Source of the DNA: Longivirga aurantiaca
GTDB taxonomy: Bacteria > Actinomycetota > Actinomycetes > S36-B12 > CAIYMF01
Direction: 5' to 3'
NCBI RefSeq assembly: GCF_042660085.1
Contig: NZ_JBHSTI010000008.1
Location: 2,205,604 to 2,237,603 of the forward strand
Length of the DNA: 32,000 nt
Of the stretch, positions 27,594 to 32,000 are shown one piece after another (the first letter of the stretch is position 1; every line of letters begins with the position of its first letter). The notes below the pieces were generated by a model. It had not been told where the DNA came from. It made no database searches and was given only the letters and a program-made list of their open reading frames with translations. The translations under genes were made by a program, and so were the position numbers.

Positions 27594-28202
27594 GTGCCGG
27601 ACCAGACGCCTCGAGCTCGCGCTCGGCTCGTGGTGGCGTACGGCGTGCGGCCGGCGCACGAGCTGCTGCGCGAGGCGGCCGGGCGGTTCCACGGGGTCCC
27701 GCCGACCACGATCGTGCTCGGCCACGAGTGCCCGCGGTGCGGCAGCGACGAGCACGGCCGCCCGCTCCTGCTGCCCACGGCCGCCGTCCGCGCTCCGGCG
27801 CACGTGAGCCTCGCCCGCGCCGGCGACCTGTCGGTCGTCGCCCTCACCGATGTCGGCCCCGTCGGCGTCGACATCGAGGCCGTGGGCGCCGCCGCCTTCC
27901 CGGGCTTCGACGACGTCGCCCGCCACCCCGACGAGCGCGGCACGGACGCGACGGCCTCCTGGGTGCGCACGGAGGCCCTGCTCAAGGCGCACGGCTTCGG
28001 GCTCGCCGTCGACCCGCGAGACATCTCCATCGACGCAGACGGTTCGGTCACGTGGGACTCGCCGCACGAGGCGCCCGGGCCGGCGTGGCTGCGCGACCTC
28101 GAGGTGCCAGGCCACGTGGTCGCCGTCGTCGCACTCCCGGAGCAGGACGTCACGGGGATGTCCGTCGTCGTGGAGCCGGCGTCGGACAGCCCGTCGGCCT
28201 GA
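27594..28202 (+). CDS. 4'-phosphopantetheinyl transferase superfamily protein (Sfp-like)
   Basis: VGVDIEAVG...(D,E metal-binding motif), ASWVRTEALLKAHGFGL (W-x-x-x-EALLKA), CPRCGSDEHGRPLL. 202 aa from GTG at 27594 (start uncertain). Confidence 0.85.
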   Translation: MPDQTPRARARLVVAYGVRPAHELLREAAGRFHGVPPTTIVLGHECPRCGSDEHGRPLLLPTAAVRAPAHVSLARAGDLSVVALTDVGPVGVDIEAVGAAAFPGFDDVARHPDERGTDATASWVRTEALLKAHGFGLAVDPRDISIDADGSVTWDSPHEAPGPAWLRDLEVPGHVVAVVALPEQDVTGMSVVVEPASDSPSA

Positions 28203-28204
28203 GA

Positions 28205-29506
28205 TCAGCCGGAAGCCGGTGGGAGCGCCGGCAGGGCGCGCTGGCGGAGCCAGCCGTCGAACAGGTCGGAGAGCGGAACGCCCGCCACCCGCACCGCGAG
28301 CGACTCGAACATCTCGCTGCTGACCGAGCCGTAGCGGTGCCGCTCGACCCACGTGCGCAGGAGCGTGAAGAACGTGTCGTCGCCGATCGTCAGCCGCAGC
28401 GAGTGCAGCAGGAGGGCACCTCGCTTGTAGACGCGGTCGTCGAACATGAGGTCGGGCCCCGGGTCGCCGAGCAGGAGGTCCTGCGGCTTCGCAGCCAGCC
28501 TGGCCCAGTGGTCGCGGGCTCGCCCATCGGCGGAGCGACCTCCCGACTCCTCGGACCACAGCCACTCGCAGTAGCAGGCGAATCCCTCGTGCAGCCAGAT
28601 GTCGCGCCAGGACGACGCGGTGACGGCGTTGCCGAACCACTGGTGCGACAGCTCGTGCGCCACGAGGCGGACGTTGTCCCAGTCGTCGGTCAGGAAGTTC
28701 GACCCGAAGGTCGACATCCCTTGCGCCTCCAGCGGTATGTCCAGCTCGTCCTCGGTGATCACCACGGTGTAGCCGGCGAACGGGTACGGGCCGAACGTGC
28801 GGGCGTAGAAGTCGAGCATGGCCGGCTGGTCGCCGAAGGCGGAGTCGTACTGGCGCAGGAGCCGCTGCGGGAGCACGGCCGTCATCGGGACGGACGAGCC
28901 CTCCACCCGGTGGGCCACGTAGCGGCCGATCTGCACCGTCGCGAGGTACGTCGCCATCGGCTCGTGCTGCTCGTAGACCCACCTGGTCGTGCTGGCCGAG
29001 CGCCACCGGCTGGTGCACATTCCGTTGGCGACCACGTGGTATGCGTTGGGCGCCGTCAGCTCGATGCGGTAGGTCGCCTTGTCGTCCGGGCGGTCGTTGC
29101 ACGGGAACCACGAGGGCGCGCCGTTGGTCTGGCCCGCGACGAGGACTCCGTCGGCGAGCTCCTCCCAGCCGCACTCGTCGTCGCCGTCGGGCACGGGCTT
29201 CGGCTGTCCGCCGTAGCTCACGACGACGCGGAACCCCTCCGCCGCCTTGATCGGGCGCCGCGGCACCACGACCAGGTGGTCGGCGCGGGCGGTGTACCGG
29301 GCAGCGCCGCCGTCGACCGTCACCTTCGTGACGCGGAGCCCGGAGAGGTCGAGCCGCAGCTGACGCAGGTCCACGACCGCCTCGGCCGTCAGCGCCGCCT
29401 TGCCGCGGAGGTGGTTGGTGTCGACGTCGTACGACAGCGTGAGGTCGTAGTGCGACACCGCGTACGAACGGTCCCCACGATGCGGGAAGTACTCCGGCGC
29501 CTTCAC
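28205..29506 (-). CDS. M1 family zinc aminopeptidase
   Basis: Starts VKAPEYFPHRGDRSYAVSHYDLTLSYDVDTNHLRGKAAL. HELSHQWFG + WLHEGFACYCEWLW gives HExxH-(18)-E. 433 aa. Its GTG overlaps the upstream gene's TGA (GTGA). The 1237-aa track ORF is spurious upstream of 29506. Confidence 0.93.
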   Translation of the reverse strand: MKAPEYFPHRGDRSYAVSHYDLTLSYDVDTNHLRGKAALTAEAVVDLRQLRLDLSGLRVTKVTVDGGAARYTARADHLVVVPRRPIKAAEGFRVVVSYGGQPKPVPDGDDECGWEELADGVLVAGQTNGAPSWFPCNDRPDDKATYRIELTAPNAYHVVANGMCTSRWRSASTTRWVYEQHEPMATYLATVQIGRYVAHRVEGSSVPMTAVLPQRLLRQYDSAFGDQPAMLDFYARTFGPYPFAGYTVVITEDELDIPLEAQGMSTFGSNFLTDDWDNVRLVAHELSHQWFGNAVTASSWRDIWLHEGFACYCEWLWSEESGGRSADGRARDHWARLAAKPQDLLLGDPGPDLMFDDRVYKRGALLLHSLRLTIGDDTFFTLLRTWVERHRYGSVSSEMFESLAVRVAGVPLSDLFDGWLRQRALPALPPASG

Positions 29507-32000
29507 TCGTCTCCTCGGACGTCGACCTGCTGCCACGGACCGATCGGGTTGCCGATCCACCGCGTCTTGTCGGGCACGAACTCCCCGCGCATCACCAGCG
29601 ACACCGGCCCGACCGTGGCATGCCGCCCGAGCGTGGCCGCGGGAAGGATGACGCTGTTGGGGCCGAGGGTCGAGCCGGTCCGCAGCGTGACCGTGTCCAT
29701 GCTGAGCACGCGGTCGTGGAACAGGTGCGTCTGCACCACGCAGCCCTGGTTGACGGTGGCTCCTGCCTGGAGGTTGATGAGGTCTGCCTCGGGGAGCCAA
29801 TAGGTCTCGCACCACACCCCTCGTCCGATCCTCGCACCCAGCGAGCGCAGCCAGAGGTTGAGGACCGGCGTACCCGTCGCGGGCCGGGCGAACCACGGTG
29901 CAGCCACGGCCTCGACGAAGGTGTCCGCCAGCTCGTTGCGCCACACGAACGAGCTCCAGAGAGGGTGGTCGCCGACACGGAGCCGACCGACGAGGACCCA
30001 CTTGGCCAGCGTCGTCACCGAGGCAGCAGCCGTCGCGGCCGCGATGACGACGAGCCCGCTCAGCAGCGCCGCCGTCCACCAGCCGTACGCCGAGGCGAGC
30101 GCGATCTGGGCGACCACGACGCCGAGCCCGACCGCGACTCCGACCATCACGGGGACGAGCCGGCACAGCTCGACCAGGACGCGCGCGACCTTCAGGCGCG
30201 ACGGCGGGTCGTAGGTGCGGCTCCGGTCGGCCTTCTGCTCGACCCTGCGCAGCTTGGTCGGGGGGCTGCCGAGCCACGAGGTGCCGCTCTTGGCCTTCGT
30301 CCGGCGTGGCGCCGCGGACAGCACGGCGACGAGCCCGCGCTTGGGCACCTTGCGGCCGGGGGCTGCCATCCCGGAGTTGCCCACGAACGCGTGCTTCCCG
30401 ATCTCGACGTGCTCCACCCGCAGCCAGCCGCCGCCGAGCTCGTACCCGCCGAGGAGCGTGTCGTCGGCGAGGAAGGCCCCCTCGCGCACCGCGGTCAGCT
30501 TGGGGATGAGAAGGACGGTCGAAGCCTCGACGCCCGGCCCGACGCTCGCACCCAACGAGCGCAGCCAGGCCGGCGTGAGCGAGCTCGAGTAGAGCGGGAA
30601 CAGCCACGTCCGCGCCTCGTCGAGCGCACGCAGGGTCGCCCACGCCTGCCAGGCCCTCAGCCCGTGCACCGGATGCGCCCCCGGCACGAGCCCGACCCCG
30701 AGCAGCCGCACGACGAGCCAGATGAGCAGGGCCAGGACCAGGAGGGCGACGACCGTCGCGACCGGCAGCCAGAGCATCGCGCGCAGCGCGGCCGCCCCCA
30801 CCGATCCGGCACCGGTCAGCTGCGGTGCGACGACGGCGAGGGCAGCGACGGTGGCGACGCCGGGGAGCGCAGCGATGACGACCGCGATCCCGGTGTAGGC
30901 GACCACCCACACCGGGCGGTTGCGCGGGCGCTCGTCCCACGGGCCGCGTGCCGCCTTGCGCAGCCGCGCAGGCGCGCCGGCCCACATCTCCCCCGCCGGC
31001 ACGACGTCGAAGACCGCCGACCCCGGCGCGATCTCCGCGCCGGCGCCGATGACCGCACCGGGAGCGAGCGTGCTGCGCATGCCGATCCGCGCGTCGGGCC
31101 CGATCTCGATGGCGCCGACACGCAGCAGGTCGCCGTCGAGCCAGTGGCCCGAGAGGTCGACCTCGGGCTCGACCGAGCACCCGTCGCCGAGCACGAGGTG
31201 GCCGGTGACGGGCGGGATCGAGTGGAGGTCGACGTGCCGACCGACGCGCACCCCGAGCAGCCGCGCGTAGAGCCGCATGAGCGTTGCTCCGGCGAGGTTC
31301 GCTGCACCGAGCTCCTCCGCCAGCCGCTCGGCGAACCACACCCGCAGGTGCACGGGACCACCGCGCGGATAGGTGCCCGGGCCGATGCCTGCGAGCACCA
31401 GCCGCGCACCGGCAGCGGTCAGCAGCATGCGGCCGGGAGCCGACACCAGCAGGAGCCAGGCGACGACGATGACGGGCCACGGCGCCGTGGGCAGCCAGCC
31501 GACGCCGAGCCACTGCGACGCAGCCGTGGTGCCGAACGCGACCCACGTGAGCCAGCGCAGACCGGTGATCGCGCGGAGCGGAAGGGTGAGCAGGACCTGC
31601 ACGATCTGCGATCCACGGGACACCGGGTGCACCGTGCGGTCGACGTACGCCGCCGGGGTGGCCAGCTCGTCGAGCGCCAGGGCGAGGTCGCCGATCCGAG
31701 GGTGGTCGTAGACCTCGGCGACCGTGACCTCGGGGTACGTCGCGCGCAGCCGCGAGACGAGCTGCGCGGCCGCGAGGCTGCCGCCCCCGAGGTCGAAGAA
31801 GTCGTCCTCGGTGCTGGTCACCGTCGCCCCGAGGATGTCGGCCCAGATGTCCTGCAGCTGCCCGGCGGTGCCCTCGAGGCGCGTCGTCTCGGTCGTGTCG
31901 ACGCTCGCGAGCGGCCACGGAAGCGCGTCGCGGTCGATCTTGCCGGAGGTGCGCGTCGGCAGCGTCTCGACCTGCGCGAGCCGAGGGACGAGCGCTGCCG
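29503..32000 (-). CDS. Pls/PosA-like nonribosomal peptide synthetase, C-terminal part: end of adenylation domain, carrier domain, six-TM region with tandem left-handed beta-helix-containing modules; truncated at window edge
   Basis: Frame stays open to 32000: AALVPRLAQVETLPTRTSGKIDRDAL (A10-like motif) ... QLQDIWADILGATVTSTEDDFFDLGGGSLAAAQ (carrier Ser motif), then paired TM segments alternating with soluble blocks containing hexapeptide-like repeats (IEIGPDARIGMRSTLAPGAVIGAGAEIAPGSAV; LGPNSVILPAATLGRHATVGP). Confidence 0.88.
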   Translation of the reverse strand, partial: AALVPRLAQVETLPTRTSGKIDRDALPWPLASVDTTETTRLEGTAGQLQDIWADILGATVTSTEDDFFDLGGGSLAAAQLVSRLRATYPEVTVAEVYDHPRIGDLALALDELATPAAYVDRTVHPVSRGSQIVQVLLTLPLRAITGLRWLTWVAFGTTAASQWLGVGWLPTAPWPVIVVAWLLLVSAPGRMLLTAAGARLVLAGIGPGTYPRGGPVHLRVWFAERLAEELGAANLAGATLMRLYARLLGVRVGRHVDLHSIPPVTGHLVLGDGCSVEPEVDLSGHWLDGDLLRVGAIEIGPDARIGMRSTLAPGAVIGAGAEIAPGSAVFDVVPAGEMWAGAPARLRKAARGPWDERPRNRPVWVVAYTGIAVVIAALPGVATVAALAVVAPQLTGAGSVGAAALRAMLWLPVATVVALLVLALLIWLVVRLLGVGLVPGAHPVHGLRAWQAWATLRALDEARTWLFPLYSSSLTPAWLRSLGASVGPGVEASTVLLIPKLTAVREGAFLADDTLLGGYELGGGWLRVEHVEIGKHAFVGNSGMAAPGRKVPKRGLVAVLSAAPRRTKAKSGTSWLGSPPTKLRRVEQKADRSRTYDPPSRLKVARVLVELCRLVPVMVGVAVGLGVVVAQIALASAYGWWTAALLSGLVVIAAATAAASVTTLAKWVLVGRLRVGDHPLWSSFVWRNELADTFVEAVAAPWFARPATGTPVLNLWLRSLGARIGRGVWCETYWLPEADLINLQAGATVNQGCVVQTHLFHDRVLSMDTVTLRTGSTLGPNSVILPAATLGRHATVGPVSLVMRGEFVPDKTRWIGNPIGPWQQVDVRGDE

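Noticed and set aside
25401-28202. 933-aa plus-strand ORF, considered as one fused protein ending in a PPTase
   Set aside because: The first ~730 codons are antisense to tig and run through the tRNA-Pro and tRNA-Gly genes. Only 27594-28202 is PPTase-like.
28205-31918. 1237-aa minus-strand ORF spanning the aminopeptidase and the region upstream
   Set aside because: Only the last ~433 codons are protein-like (M1 peptidase). The upstream part is an Arg/Ala-rich off-frame read of the Pls-like gene.

Overview
This is a 32 kb high-GC actinobacterial chromosome segment, mostly a syntenic housekeeping block. Most genes are on the minus strand. In + coordinate order I can support: a partial unknown CDS, proB, a DUF1905-type gene (+), obgE, rpmA, rplU, an RNase E/G gene, the TIGR03936/TIGR03960-type radical-SAM pair, rodA, a class B PBP2, mreD, mreC, mreB, ndk, a DUF4233-type membrane protein, folC, valS (+), a proline-rich single-TM protein (+), clpX, clpP2, clpP1, tig, tRNA-Pro(TGG) on minus and tRNA-Gly(TCC) on plus. 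The right end (about 27.6-32 kb) is the most interesting part. It holds an Sfp-type 4'-phosphopantetheinyl transferase (+), converging on an M1 zinc aminopeptidase that overlaps by 4 nt a large Pls/PosA-like NRPS. That NRPS has an adenylation-domain tail, a carrier domain, and a six-TM C-terminal part with three soluble modules; it runs off the window at 32000. This resembles epsilon-poly-lysine-synthetase-type machinery and is the best candidate for an under-characterised system. Other signals are a nested palindromic element between the DUF1905-type gene and obgE, several strong intergenic hairpins, putative leader structures for rplU and rne, and a 13-nt copy of the tRNA-Gly 3' end in the adjacent spacer. 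Nothing in the window supports a CRISPR array, prophage, IS element or defence island. All family names come from motif and sequence recognition, not database searches.
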